Below are positions 13,302-26,372 of a stretch of DNA of 64,000 nucleotides, in pieces. Both the position numbers and the translations under genes were made by a program. Under the pieces are notes generated by a model, which did not search any database, was not told the DNA's origin, and saw only the letters and a list, made by a program, of their open reading frames with translations. The stretch is taken from NCBI GenBank assembly GCA_964016885.1, contig CAXHJY010000045.1, positions 1 through 64,000 on the forward strand, given 5' to 3'. The number at the start of each line of letters is the position of its first letter. Position 1 is the first letter of the stretch. Origin of the DNA: Eledone cirrhosa (Eukaryota).

Positions 13302-13640
13302 GGAGGCACATGGCTTAGTGGTTAGATCATTGGCCTTGCAATCGAAAGGTTGTGAGTTCAATTCTCAGACCGGGTGATGTGTTGTTTCCTTGAGCAAGAC
13401 ACTTTATTTCACATTGCTCCAGTTTACTCAGCTGTAGAAATGAGACGATAGGACTGGGGTCCATATCATTCCACTGCAAAGTGGTTGTGGTGGTGCCACG
13501 GCAAAAAAGCACCCACCACTCACTGTAAATGAGGTTGGTGTTAGGAAGGGCATCCAGCTGTATAAATCAAGCCAGAATCAGTTCCCGTCACACCCTTGCA
13601 AGCAGGGAAAAGTGGACGTAAAATGAAATGATGATGATGA
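13302..13640 (+). mobile_element. tRNA-derived CORE-type SINE with RTE-derived 3' tail
   Basis: A box TGGCTTAGTGG, B box GAGTTCAATTC, CORE-like ccttgagcaagacacttta...cagtttactcagctgtagaaatgag, 3' part shared with local RTE 3'UTRs, (GAT)n end; near-identical copies at 38650 and 53088. Confidence 0.9.
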
Positions 13641-13652
13641 TATATATATATA

Positions 13653-13827
13653 ATTGTTTCTACTTTAGGCACAAGGCCAGCAATTACCCAGTTCATTACT
13701 GGTACTTTATTTTATCGACCCCGTAAGGATGAAAGGCAAAGTTAACCAGAGGGATTTGAACTCAAACCGTAAAGGGACGTAACTATGCTAGAAAGCATGG
13801 CGTCCAACCCTCTCCCGATACTGCCAA
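13653..13827 (-). mobile_element. tRNA-derived SINE with Nin/Deu-like central domain
   Basis: Minus strand: tggcagtatcgg...gagttcaaatc...aactttgcctttcatccttacggggtcgataaaataaagtaccag; homologous to 46967-47153, 50332-50403, 16797-16916 and 22197-22330. Confidence 0.8.
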
Positions 13828-13847
13828 ATATATAATATATATATATA

Positions 13848-14734
13848 TAGTGTGGTGCAGATAAATCCAGATTTTTTTATGTGGCAACTGTGCTGAAATG
13901 AGACAGCATAGAGATGTTTCGAGAGCAGCATTATACAGTTATAAAGTACTACACCTCAGTAGCTGTCTGCCCATTGATGGAAAAGGTGCTCAGTAATCTA
14001 CATGTCTTCACAATATGATTGTCGAGCAGCTGTTGTGGAGAGCCTTCACTTTGGCCTCAAAGCAAAAAAATTATTGAAATGTTTAAATACTCTAAAACCA
14101 TGGTCTATGAACTTGCAAATGCATATGGGACATAAGATGACAAAGATAACTTCAGTCCAGAATATTAAACTCATGAAAAGCATTCTGGTGCAACCAGGAT
14201 GCCTGAGTCCATCTGTGATAGTTTTTTCCTTGGTGCCAACAGTTATATAAGCCTCCTGAACAAGCACATCAAGCCCTGGATTGATAGGGTGGCTAATGGG
14301 AGGTTCTATATCTTTCAAAAGGACTCTGCCCTTGCCTACAAGGCCAGGACCACCCAGACATGTTTCTTTGCCAATGTTCCATACCACTGGTGATCCAAAT
14401 TATGGCCCCTCTTATTGCTAGACTGTAATCCTCTTAACAATTTTGTGTGGAGAATTTTGGCGAGTGAAGTCAACAGCAGCCCCTACAACACCAAGGAGGC
14501 TATCAGGCATGGCATGGCCAACTTGGAATGTGACACCATCGCCAAAACCTGCTTTAGCTCCCAGTCCTACCTGTAGAAGGTGGTGGCCGCTGATTGTGGC
14601 CACATTGAGTGATATTTGTTCCTTATATATGTGGCTGTTTGTCTATAAAGTTTCAATGAAATATATTCATTTGTTATATAAAAAACAATTTTTAGTATCC
14701 ATAATTTTTTTCCAGATTTATCTGTGCCACACTG
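13848..14734 (+). mobile_element. Internally deleted Tc1/mariner element, DD37D (maT-like)
   Basis: TIRs (c>t)agtgtggtgcagataaatccaga / tccagatttatctgtgccacactg with TA flanks. Remnant YIFQKDSALAYKARTTQ...WP....DCNPLN has 37 residues between the second D and the third catalytic position (now N). Confidence 0.8.
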
Positions 14735-14810
<76 letters not shown>

Positions 14811-14932
14811 CAGGTGCACATACACACACATATATACACACATACACATAAATGCTGTCATCATCATTTTACATCTGTTTTCCATGCTGTCGTAGGTTGG
14901 ATATTTATATATCTTATATATATATATATGAT

Positions 14933-15070
<138 letters not shown>

Positions 15071-16428
15071 ATACATATATAATCTATAGTATACATAAAC
15101 ATAATACACCCTAAATTCTTCCATTCTCTTTCAACTTCTTTTTCTCTTCACATTTTGCATCTATCTTAATACATTTATATATTTACCCTACCTGCCCCCA
15201 ACATTCTATTTTCTATCTACTTATTCATTTGTTTATCCTTATATATGTGTGTGTGTGTGTGTAAATAATTCTTAGGTTAATTATTAATTAGAATATTTCT
15301 GTATGTTATATCTTTTAAACTTGATCTACCATCACACGTGCTGCCGATTGTCATAGTTCCACTATAATTAATTTTTGACATCTCTTTTCATCTCTATCTC
15401 ATAAAAGGATACTGCACATTCAGCAGGATAGCAAAGGAGATCAGAATAACTAAACAACTAGATACATAAATAATTAAATACATCTGTTTCTTTGTCTATC
15501 TATCTATTTGCCAGTTTGTTTCTCTCTGTCAATTTGCCTGGCTGTTTCTTGACTTTTTGGCCTCCTCATTTGAATGAAGTGATAATAAGAACATACTGTT
15601 GGCACATTTTGCAGTAGACAGCAAAGGATCAGAGAAATTATGCCCTGACCAATAAAATCATAACTGGCAGATTTTAAAGTTTTAACAGTAACTTCTGGTA
15701 ACTTTCTTAGACAATTTCATGTGTGCTGTATCATTGTGTTTATCTTTATTTTTGCATGTTGTTAACTATGAATGTTTTATTAATAGCTAAATACGAACCA
15801 CAGATCAATACATAGATACATAACACATAAAATAATATATTAAATTACTAGGAATTAAGTGAAAAACATTGTTAAATTTGGTGATGATAATATTGTTATT
15901 TATATTAGTAGTCCTAGAACCATGAGAACATCAGATAGGATGATTTTCTCTGTTCTCTGTGTTTAAATTCCAATGAAGTCAACTCTGTCATTAACCCTAT
16001 TGAGATTGTGAGAACAATTACTAGTTCAGTACTGGACTTGAGCTTTCTTCTATAATTCTATCTTATTCACTCACTTTCTCTCCTTCTCTGGAAGAAACCA
16101 GCTATGTTCCGACATGGAGTTTGAATGAGTTCCATCACGTTTATGGTGCTTTAGACATAACATATGTCAGGATGGTTCTACTACCAATTCATGAAGAGTT
16201 ATGGGTCCACATCAGTAATTCCTATGATCATTTTGTGTCTATTGCAAAACACGAACGTATACTTCTAGTAGCATTTCATTCAGATGACAATCTCTGAAGT
16301 TATGTGCTTCTCTTCTGAGTAATTCTATAGGAATTACTTATAAAACATATCTCTTAGTAGCAGTTATAGTGTTCCATATCATCTCCTTGGGGCCATTTTC
16401 ATGGTAGGAATTGTATATCTCTTGTTAA

Positions 16429-16648
16429 CCCTTTAGCATTTACATTACTCTATATATACTATTGTTTTTTCACAGTAAATGATTTATCTTGCATAATACC
16501 ACACATAATATCGAATCTATGAGATTTTGATATTGTTTAATTTGAGAACAATAACTTAACATCAGTATGAGTGGCCAGTTTGAACAGAAAGAGGTGAGAG
16601 AATTCTGGCTGAATACAGCTGAATACATTCTGGCTGTATGCAAAAGAG
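16429..16648. mobile_element. piggyBac-like MITE (intact copy)
   Basis: TTAA-ccctttagcat ... atgcaaaagag-TTAA; internal sequence shared with 38635-39251 and 53066-53590. Confidence 0.7.
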
Positions 16649-16796
16649 TTAAATCATGTATTTGACAGTCTATGAATATGAGGAATATGTGTGGAGATAT
16701 AAGTGTAAATTTGTCTGAAAATATTATACATCACTAATTTATTGACCAAGATTTTACTGGGAATGTTTATAAATATTTCATTCTTTATATTTGTTT

Positions 16797-16916
16797 AGAG
16801 GGCAAATTGGCAGAATCATTAGACCATGGGATTAAATGCCTTAGTTCTACCTTTCTGTAATCATGCCAAGGTCAACTTTGCCTTTCATTCTTCCAGGTTT
16901 GATAAATAATGTACCA
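16797..16916 (+). mobile_element. Old Nin/Deu-type SINE copy
   Basis: ttggcagaatcattag...aggtcaactttgcctttcattcttccaggtttgataaataatgtacca. Confidence 0.65.
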
Positions 16917-18719
16917 CCCACAAGGCTAGTGGATTTGCAGAATTGTTAATGAGTTAAGTGTATGCTTTGATTTAGCTCTGTGGGTCCCGAGTACAAATTG
17001 CTTCATGTTCTGTCAGTGGTTACCACCAGCAAACAGTGTCAGCAATGGTAAGACTAATGGAAACACAGTTTTCTTGGTTTAATCTGATAATTGTTCCTAT
17101 AATTTAAAGCCATGGTAGTTCCAACATGTCTAAATCTTTTCTACTTTTATTAAATCTTCTTTTGCAGATCTTTTGTTTTAGTTTATCATTTCATGGTAAT
17201 GCTGAGTTTATCAATGACCTCTCCATGTGTTTGAAGCTGATGTGTCAGGGAATTTCTGGAAGTTACTTCAGACACTTTGCAGCCATACTGAAGATGGCTG
17301 ATGAGTGATATTGTATGCAAAATATATCCAGGTGATCTTTAAATTTCTGATGATAAGTTACTTTCAGAGCATCTAAAGAAAAATTCCTTTATGTAATACA
17401 TTGTCCTGCAACAGTTGACAGCTGATGAAAGGAATGATGTTTAAGCAGATATTTCAGGTCTTTCATCAATCCTATGGGGAGTGTCAAAATCTGATACTTT
17501 ACGTTCCAGAACCTTCTATATAAATATATCAATGCTTGTCCCATGTCACATTGCAGTACTTTCTCTATATTTTGATTCAAGGGGAAAATATTTGATATAT
17601 TTGTAGATATATTATTCAATATCTCTTATGGAATAAACAAGTGTGCATGCTCTCAAATGTCTATATAGAAACACACACACACGCATATATATATTTGCAT
17701 CATCATCATCATCTTCCTTTACCGTCCATCTTCCACGCTAGCATGGGTATGCGTGTTTAAAATACCATAGTATGTAAAACATTCAAACATTAACTAATTG
17801 AGTATTCAATAATAGTGGTTAGAGTGTAGAAATTTATTTTCTAATTAACAACATAGCAGTGACTTCGAAGTGTCAGTTTTGTTGCTTCATATATATATGT
17901 AATATATATAATACAGCACAACCTCACTGGAGTTGAGAGTCCGTTGAGTGAGACACGGATCCTTATGTATGGTTTACTAATTTGTTGTGGAACAAATTCA
18001 TATGGACTGAGTGCTCTACTTACTACAGATACAACCTCCTGGTGTTTTACCACTATATATTATCATCACCACCACTTTTTTACGTCCATTCTTCCACACT
18101 AGCAAGGGGCGAATTGTCCTGTTGTGGGCAATTCCAGGTCAGATGACCATTTCTTGCTCATACAGAACTGATTTTGGCTTGATTTCTACAGCTGTATGCC
18201 CTTCCTAATACCAACCCCATTTACAATGAGTACAGGATGCTTTTTACCATGGCACCTATGTATTGTTATAATATATTTCAGCATAGTTACTTGCTACCTA
18301 AATTTTCAAAGCTTACTCTAGCTTATGTCATAGATTCACTATATATACTAGTGCTGCATATCTTTCAGGCAAGTATAAGATGGCTGATATTATTTCATAC
18401 CATCTTCCTATGCACTCCCATTAACAATCAACAATGCCAAATATCTGTTCATGGCTTTTTAGGTAGCTTTTATGTCCGGCTGCAGATTTATACTGTCTGT
18501 AGCAAATGTGACACTATATGTGCCCTTTTCAAGGTCGACAAAACAAGAATATATTTTGGCAATATTCCCACAAGGCATATGACAGAAAATAAACATGAAC
18601 AAACACTATATTAGCTAATAATTATGAGAGGGCTAGAAAGAATTGATAGATTAAGAAATATTTAAATCAATATTTAGTATGTCAATTCTTTAAAAAGTAC
18701 TTAGAAACATGAGAACATT

Positions 18720-19020
18720 GCAAGAAGAACTCTGTACATATGTTAAGTACCTTGTTATTGTTGTGGAGATTATTTAATATCTACTATTTCTCATAATTGT
18801 ATAATCTGCAGGGCTTGGGCCCATTTTATATATGGTTGAGATTTTTCTAGCATCTTCCATTTGATGGAGAAGTCTAAGCTCTTGTCTTTGAGTTGCGATA
18901 TTTTATTTGCCAAATTTGTGGTGTTTCTTTTATTTAGTTATCTGAAAGTCATTTCATCATTAAGAAAGTGATTTTTGAGCCAGCTATCTGATATACCAAC
19001 GTATTTCTAGGTTTCCAGAG
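18720..19020 (-). mobile_element. Old PLE GIY-YIG fragment of the same type as the 10187 and 60401 elements
   Basis: Hand translation KYVGISDSWLKNHFLNDEMTFR*LNKRNTTNLANKISQLKDKSLDFSIKWKMLEKSQPY..GPKPCRLYNYEK aligns with the ENs at 11389-11750 and 61090-61425. Confidence 0.7.
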
Positions 19021-19453
19021 ACTCTCTCGCTCTTTCTCTCTATATATATATGTATGTGTGTGTGTGTGGAATGATGAAAAAACAGTTGCAAATAGGTAGT
19101 TCATTAGTTCATCATCACTAGCTGGTAGTGGTTGTGTTGCTACTTATTTCTAGTCTTGAAATCCATGCTAGTCGTTATATCGATTTACCATGATCAATCA
19201 ACCCTTTGAAATGATCGTACAACAATGAACTAATTAACAACCTATCTTTCACTTTTATTTTCATTGTCCAATACACACACATTTATAAATGACTCTGTAG
19301 CTTGTGCAGAATCTTCAAGGAAACATTATGCAATGAGCATCTTTCACAGAAACTATAGCACTCACCACTTAATCTCGATGAAACCATATCTTCAACAGCA
19401 CATTTAGTTCTAACAACGTTATCGACCCCCCACTATAAACAGCTAAACAACAT

Positions 19454-19504
<51 letters not shown>

Positions 19505-19505
19505 T

Positions 19506-19536
<31 letters not shown>

Positions 19537-19980
19537 AGCGATGGCTCTTTAGATGACAAGTAATGTCCCTGTTATAAGCTGTAAAGTGGTTGGTCATAAA
19601 GAGGGTAGCCATATATAGAAATCCTGCTAAGTAAAGCATTTGGAAGACCTTATAGTTGTATCAAAGACATAACAACCTCTGTCGTGCTAATACTTTGGAA
19701 AATTGCTCTTGGTAGAGCATGGAGCCATTTGTAAAGAAAATGCTAGCCACAGGCCTGTCTGAGCATTTTGGAGTTTGCGAGAATGTATGAAAATGGGATG
19801 CAGGCTCCAAGCCTATCAGAGCGGTTAATAAATTCACTTGAGTAATCTGGTCTGTTGACAACCCCATCCCGCTTTTGCTAGGAGGGAAAACAGATGTTAA
19901 ATAAAAATGATGATATCTATGTGTTTGTATATATATATATATCATCATCAGTGTTTACACATATATATATATATATATAT

Positions 19981-20443
19981 CTCCAAGACAATGTCACTGG
20001 ACCGAGACCTTTGGCGGTACTCAGTAACAGAGAAGACCCGCCTTACCTAAATATATAGTAAAACCTACTCCAGCCAGTAGGCATCTCTAACAAAATACAC
20101 CCCGTCCCACCACCACCACCCCCACCCCATCCACACCACCCAGTTCTATGTAAAGTTATGTTGGTGCCGCGCCATCCAGGCCGAAACAAATGAGATCGTG
20201 TAGGTGTCACGACAAAAAAAACACACAGTCCACGCTGTAATGTGGCCGTGTAGGCAACACGGTAAAAACCTCCCAGACCCACACTGTAAATGTGGTTGGT
20301 GTTAGGAAGGGCATCCAATGTAGAAAACCTGCCAGACAGTCCTATGCGAGCAAGACAATCACTCTTGCCTCAAGTGGGACTACCCCCGTCCAAACCCATG
20401 CAAGCGTGGAACACGGACGTTAAACGTTGATGATGATGATGAT
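19981..20443 (+). mobile_element. RTE LINE family A, 3' fragment (ORF end + 3'UTR + (GAT)n)
   Basis: Near-identical to 25905-26357 and to the reverse complement of 28769-29205; starts directly after (TA)n. Confidence 0.9.
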
Positions 20444-20923
20444 GGCAGCGAATTTTAAGAGTCTTTGTAATAGTAATTCCCATTCTTTGCACTCTGGTCT
20501 AAAATTGCACCAAAGTCTTTCTCTTGTACACTCAAAATCGATTAATCCATTCTCCCTTTATATATTTCTCCCTTCCTTTCTCTCACTCTCTCTCTCCTTC
20601 TCTGCAAGAGATCTTTTGTGTTCAGACTTAAAATACAAATGCCTAAGAGACAATGTATGTCAATACAGTGCACCTTCAACTCCATCAGAATTCATGGGAA
20701 AAGCAGAAAGTCAACAAGGAGACGAAATTGATATATATATATATATATAAATAAATAAATATGGATCAATGAAGAAGGGCTGACTTATAACCAATTGCAA
20801 TCATGTAATCTAGTCAGACCATGAAACCTAATGCTGCATAATGCTTTTCATGTGTATGATTTGTAATATATATATATATGTGTATATATCTCATCACTGT
20901 TAATTTAATGACTGCTTTCCCTG

Positions 20924-20962
<39 letters not shown>

Positions 20963-22682
20963 TAATATAAAGAGAGGGGCGGGGCGGAGATAGGTGAATA
21001 TATTGAATATACAAAATTATAAATCACTGTACACCTGAAATATATTTGTGAAGTGTTTATTTGGTGTATGTGTGTGAATATGTGGTGTGTTTGTGTATGT
21101 GTATTTGTGTGTACTTGGGGACGTATGTATGGTGGTCATTATAAAATTAACCAAGTTACTGTCATCTAATTATATATTACTCAGTTTCCATCCCATCATT
21201 TGTATGTCTATATATCAAGGTATACTCTAGAGAGTTTGTATCTGTCTGCAAATCAATAACTATTTACAGAGACGACAGAGACACCACATAGATTCTTCAA
21301 TTTCGAAAAACTAGATTCAATACTCAAGAGATTCCATTTATTTAAGTTTGTTTCAAATGAAAGATTATTCATAATTGATCAGATTTCCAAGAATCTTAGG
21401 TCATTCTTAAGTAGTTCAGACAGTGAAACTTGTCTCAGAGAAATTCTTCTGGCTTTCTCTTCATCATTTTGTCTTTTATCTTATTTTATATTCACTTTTG
21501 AAAAATACTCAAGTAAATATATTAATTTTTTAAATAAAGCACACTGAGCTCAATCTCTATCATTCCATCTCCTTCTCTCTCACTATCACCTTCTACCTCT
21601 GTCTGTCTCACACACATTTTGCCTTTGTCTTTGTCTTTCTCTTTCCTCTCCTTCATTTCTTCTTTTCCTGTCTCTCTACCCCGTCCCCCTGTCTCTCTGT
21701 TACTGTAGATAGTTAACCTGTTTTAAACCCCCCGCCCCTCTCTCTCTCTCTCCTCCACTTCAGCCTTCTTCCTTCTAATTATAGTTTTTGAAAATATATT
21801 TACATTTTTATTTCAGTTATGAATACATAAGGAGCTTGTAAACTTATTTTTATATGAAGGAGTAACATGTAGTAAGTAATGTTCTGTTTCATTATTACTG
21901 GTTTCAGGACGAGGGCTATTCTGGAGCACTACCTACAAGGCAATAATCTAAACTAATGCACAGGTATATGATACCTAGTGCAAGAATATGTGGAAGTGAA
22001 CAGTGGGCTCCTGGGCTGTCTGAGAACTCAGTAGTTTTCAGGAATGTATGTAAGCAAGAAGCAGCCCCACCCCACCCTCACCCAGCCGAACTTAGAGGTC
22101 AGAAGCCTTGATTTTGTACTTGACATGGTCTCGAAACACCAGTTTAACATTGTTAGGAGGAAAAACACGTTTAATGATGAAGATGGTGATGATGACGAGA
22201 AGGGCGATGATTGGCAGAACCATTAGAGCATTGGAAAATTGTTTTGGGGTATTTCTTCTTATACTTTATGTTCTAAGTTCAAATCCCACCAAAAGAAAAT
22301 TTGTCTTTTATCCCTCTGTGATCAATAAAATAATGGCCATGTGCTGGGGGGAACTGTTCAACCCATACCTGTATGGAAAAGTGGATGTTAAATGATGATG
22401 ATATTGATGGGTTTGTTGTTGGTTAATAAGGTGATTCTGGCATGGGATTAGCAACTGCTTGTAATGTATGTTTTTTGTGGGTTTCTTTGCATTGCAAACT
22501 AAGCAGACTTTGTGGAGCTCATGTTTGATTTCTCCTATTTGAATGGATGTCACTTGAATGGTTTGGCACTTTCTGGGTGAAAATGCACCATAAAGGCAAG
22601 CTGTCACAAGGATTTTAAGTTAACATGTACACAATAATATACAGATATATGTAAGAAAGTTATACATACACACACATGTATG

Positions 22683-22798
22683 TAAAGGATGGCCTAAAAT
22701 TCACTAGACCATTTAAAAATATATTTTTACAACTAATTTTTATTAAATGAAATGATTATATATTTTGAAATGGTCTAGTGACTTTTGAGCTAGCCTGA

Positions 22799-22801
<3 letters not shown>
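22683..22801. mobile_element. Small Tc1/mariner-like MITE
   Basis: Imperfect inverted repeat ggatggcctaaaattcactagaccatttaaaaatata / tatattttgaaatggtctagtgacttttgagctagcc. Confidence 0.6.
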
Positions 22802-22836
<35 letters not shown>

Positions 22837-23846
22837 AGGTAAAACGGGGATGATGATATATATGTATATGTAGTTTACCTATTGATAAACAAAGTAACAT
22901 AAATTGTATATATATATATATAATCACAATCATCATCATCATTTAACGTTCACTTTCCTGGTTACCAAAGGTTGGACAGGTTTACATAGGCCAAGTCAAT
23001 ACTGAAGCAGTGCTAGAGTACTCCAAGACAGGCTGGGTATGTGTATTTCACTTAGCTATGGTTTTACGTTCTCATGACTGACACAACTGAAGGGTTCTCT
23101 CAACTCTTTGTTTGATAAGCTTTCTATGACATAAGAAGCATGCATTTATGTATTTCAGAGGCATAGGTAATTTAATATTATTCTCAGGGATATTCAGCAC
23201 CATAATATCTGTAACAATGCTAGACATTTGAGTTGGGTCAGTTTAGGGTATGGTAGATGACATTTGCCCATGATGTGACACAGCATGACCAAAACTAGAA
23301 TCTCATGAATGTGATGAGGCATAAATTATATATATAAGTGTGTATGTGTATGTATATGTATGTGTGTGCGTATGTATACATATATATGTGTGCATGTGTG
23401 TATACATATATATACACTATAAAAAGCAAAGACCATGGTAAATATGATGACTTTTAGTTAACAACACTGATAATTAATTAATTGGTAATTCTTCTTACTT
23501 ACATGTGCTCCCTCTTTTAAAACAGATAATGTTCATATAAGTGCTCTTCTTTCCATTTGATTTAATGTAAGTGCATAACTGTGTCTTACACTAAAATGTT
23601 TATATGTACACTTTAGCATAAATATTATCATTTTTGCTACACACAGTGATTATCAATTCCATTTAAGTTTCTCTCTCAAGGTATTTTACTTTTTACGTTA
23701 TACTTTCCTGTAAATGGTTAAATTAATACAATCTTCTTTAACTACAAAACTCAACTACTTTCATCTTTCTTCTGTGTTTCATTCACTATTTCATTATCTT
23801 AACGGGACTATCTTAACGGGACTAAGTAACTCAATTGATTGATCTA

Positions 23847-23967
23847 TATTTTCTGATGATATGAGAGGAGATGTTTTTGTCCCGTAGCAATAATTAATTG
23901 ATTGACTGATTAATTTACTATTTTGATTGGTGCTATATCTATCCTTATAGAAACTATTGTAGAAATA
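23847..23967 (+). ncRNA. Long-stem-II type I hammerhead with intact core, in an ORF-less island
   Basis: tatttt-CTGATGA(23853-59)-tatga...ttata-GAAA(23950-53)-c tatt-GTA-gaaata; stem I 6 bp; 25 bp upstream of a (TA)n tract. Confidence 0.7.
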
Positions 23968-24003
23968 AATGATTGAAATTCAACAACTAACTTATATATA
24001 TAT

Positions 24004-26357
24004 AAGTAGAGAAGACTATCAAGTGGCCAGGCAGGAAGTTAGGAGAGAAGTGTACTTCGCAAGAAGGGAAGCAGAGGAAAGAAAGTTCAAGCATGTTCTA
24101 CAACGCGAAGACCAAAAACGTGAGGTGTTCAGGATTGCTAGGCAATGTGTCAAGGAAAACCGTGATATTGTCGGGGAGAAGTGTGTTCTTAATGATGATG
24201 GCGTACTTGCCATCACTGATGCTGATAAGAAGGTAGCTTGGAAGTGTCAGTACGAAAGGCTACTAAATGAGGAGAATAAATGGGAGAAAGACAGTCTCCC
24301 CCACATCGACCCAATAGAGGGACCAGCAGTGTTAGTCGAAGGTAGTATAATAAGTAAGGCAATCAAAGATATGAAGACGGGTAAGGCGGCTGGGCCTTCG
24401 GAAATAGTTGCTGAGATGTTGAAAGCCTCTGGAACGGTGGGACACACAATGGTCTCCCGGATAGTAAACCAAGTCATACAGAATGGGGTTGTTCCGAAGG
24501 ACTGGCGTAGCAGCATCATCATTAACTGCTACAAGGGTAAAGGAGATGCCCTAGATAGGAGTAACTATAGAGGCATTAAATTAATTGACCAGGTCATGAA
24601 GGTCACGGAAAAAGTAATAGCGCAACTAATCAGAGAGAATGGATCTAGATGAAATGCAGTTCTGGTTTGTGGCAGGCAAAAGTACTACAGACGCTCTTTT
24701 CATTGTACGACAACTACAGGAGAAGTACCTAGCTAAAAGTAAACCCCTATACTTAGCTTTCGTAGACTTCGAGAAAGCCTTCGACAGATTCCCCCGTTCC
24801 ATTATCTGGTGGGCTCTTAGAAAACTAGGTGTTGATGAATGGCTTGTGAGAGCTATACAAGCCATGTATAAAGAAACAGTCAGCAAGGTTAGAATTAACA
24901 ACGAATATAGTGAAGAGTTTAGCGTAAAAGTTGATGTTCATCAGGGCTCTGTTCTTAGCCCCCTACTATTTATTATTGCCCTTCCGGCTATAACAGTGGA
25001 GTTCAAGACCGGCTGCCCATGGGAACTCCTATACGCAGATGATCTAACGCTCATAGCTGAATCAATGGCTGAGCTAGAGAAGAAATTCCAAACATGGAAG
25101 CACGGCCTAGAATCAAAAGGCCTTAAAATTAACCTGGCTAAGACTAAAGTTCTAGTTTGTAGGAAAGAAAATAAGGTGCCGATCCCTTCCGGGAAATGGC
25201 CATGCTCAGTGTGTAGGAAAGGCGTAGGTAGAAACTCCAGTTTATGTCCCAAATGCAAAGTATGGGTGCATAAAAGATGTAGTGGATCATAGGTAAGCTA
25301 ACTAAGAACATAGATTTTACATGTGGCCGGCGCTCTGGTGCAATAAGTAGCAGCAAGTGCCCACAAAATACTAGCTCTTTCAATTGCGCAGCGGGTTCTA
25401 TAGAAATAGTGGACAGCTTCCGTTACCTGGGTGACAAAATCAGCAGTGGGGGAGGGTGCTCTGAAAGTACAGTAGCTAGAGTCAGAACTGGATGGAAAAA
25501 GTTCAGAGAGCTTATACCACTATTAGCCGCTAAAGGGTTCTCCCTAAAAATGAAAGGCAGGCTGTATGATGCCTGCATACGAACAGCAATCTTGCATGGC
25601 AGTGAGACCTGGGCATTGTGTGCAGAGGATATACGCAGACTAGAGAGGAATGAAGCTTGCATGCTCCGCTGGATGTGTAATAGTAATATACGCGAACGGC
25701 AAAGCATAAACAAACTAAGGGAAAAATTAGAAATAAGAGGGATCAGATGTTGTTTACTCGAGAGAAGGCTACGTTGGTATGGTCACGTGATGCGCATGTA
25801 TAAAAAAGTGCAAGGCAATAAAGATAGACGGTAGCCACGGAGTAGGCAGACCCAGAAAAACCTGGGACGACCTGATAAACTCCGACCTCACACACTTACA
25901 CCTCGCCAAGACAATGTCACTGGACCGAGATCTTTGGCGGCACTCAGTAATAGAGAAGACCCGCCTTACCTAAATACAAAGTAAAACCTACTACAGTCAG
26001 TAGGCATCTCTAACAAAATACACCCCCGTCCCACCACCCCACCCCATCCATCCCGCCTCTTTCAATGTAAAGTTATGTTGGTGCCACAACATCCAGGCCG
26101 AAACAAATGAGATCGTGTAGGTGTCACGACAAAAAAACACACAGTTCACGCTGTAATGTGGCCGTGCAGGCAACACGGTAAAAACCTCCCAGTCCCACAC
26201 TGTAAATGTGGTTGGTGTTAGGAAGGGCATCCAGCTGTAGAAAACCTGCCAGACAGTCCTATGCGAGCAAGACAACCACTCTTGCCTCATGTGGGAAAAC
26301 TGCCGTCCAAACCCATGCAAGCGTGGAACATGGACGTTAAACGATGATGATGATGAT
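24004..26357 (+). mobile_element. RTE LINE family A, 5'-truncated, decayed
   Basis: RT motifs KGKGD...NYRGIKL, FVDFEKAFD, HQGSVLSP, YADD, FRYLG; PHD-like Cys/His cluster; RRLRWYGHV; 3'UTR ending (GAT)n; (TA)n on both sides. Confidence 0.95.
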
Positions 26358-26372
26358 TATATATATATATCC

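Noticed and set aside
13302-13375. tRNA gene
   Set aside because: A and B boxes belong to a SINE head followed by CORE and RTE tail; no complete cloverleaf.
19077-19262. Short inverted repeat with GAAA-tgatcg-TA
   Set aside because: Possibly a pseudo-LTR relic, but no CUGANGA box can be found.
21806-21877. Possible exon (tttcag ... gtaagt)
   Set aside because: Stops in all three frames and no supporting neighbouring exons; a non-coding exon cannot be excluded without RNA data.
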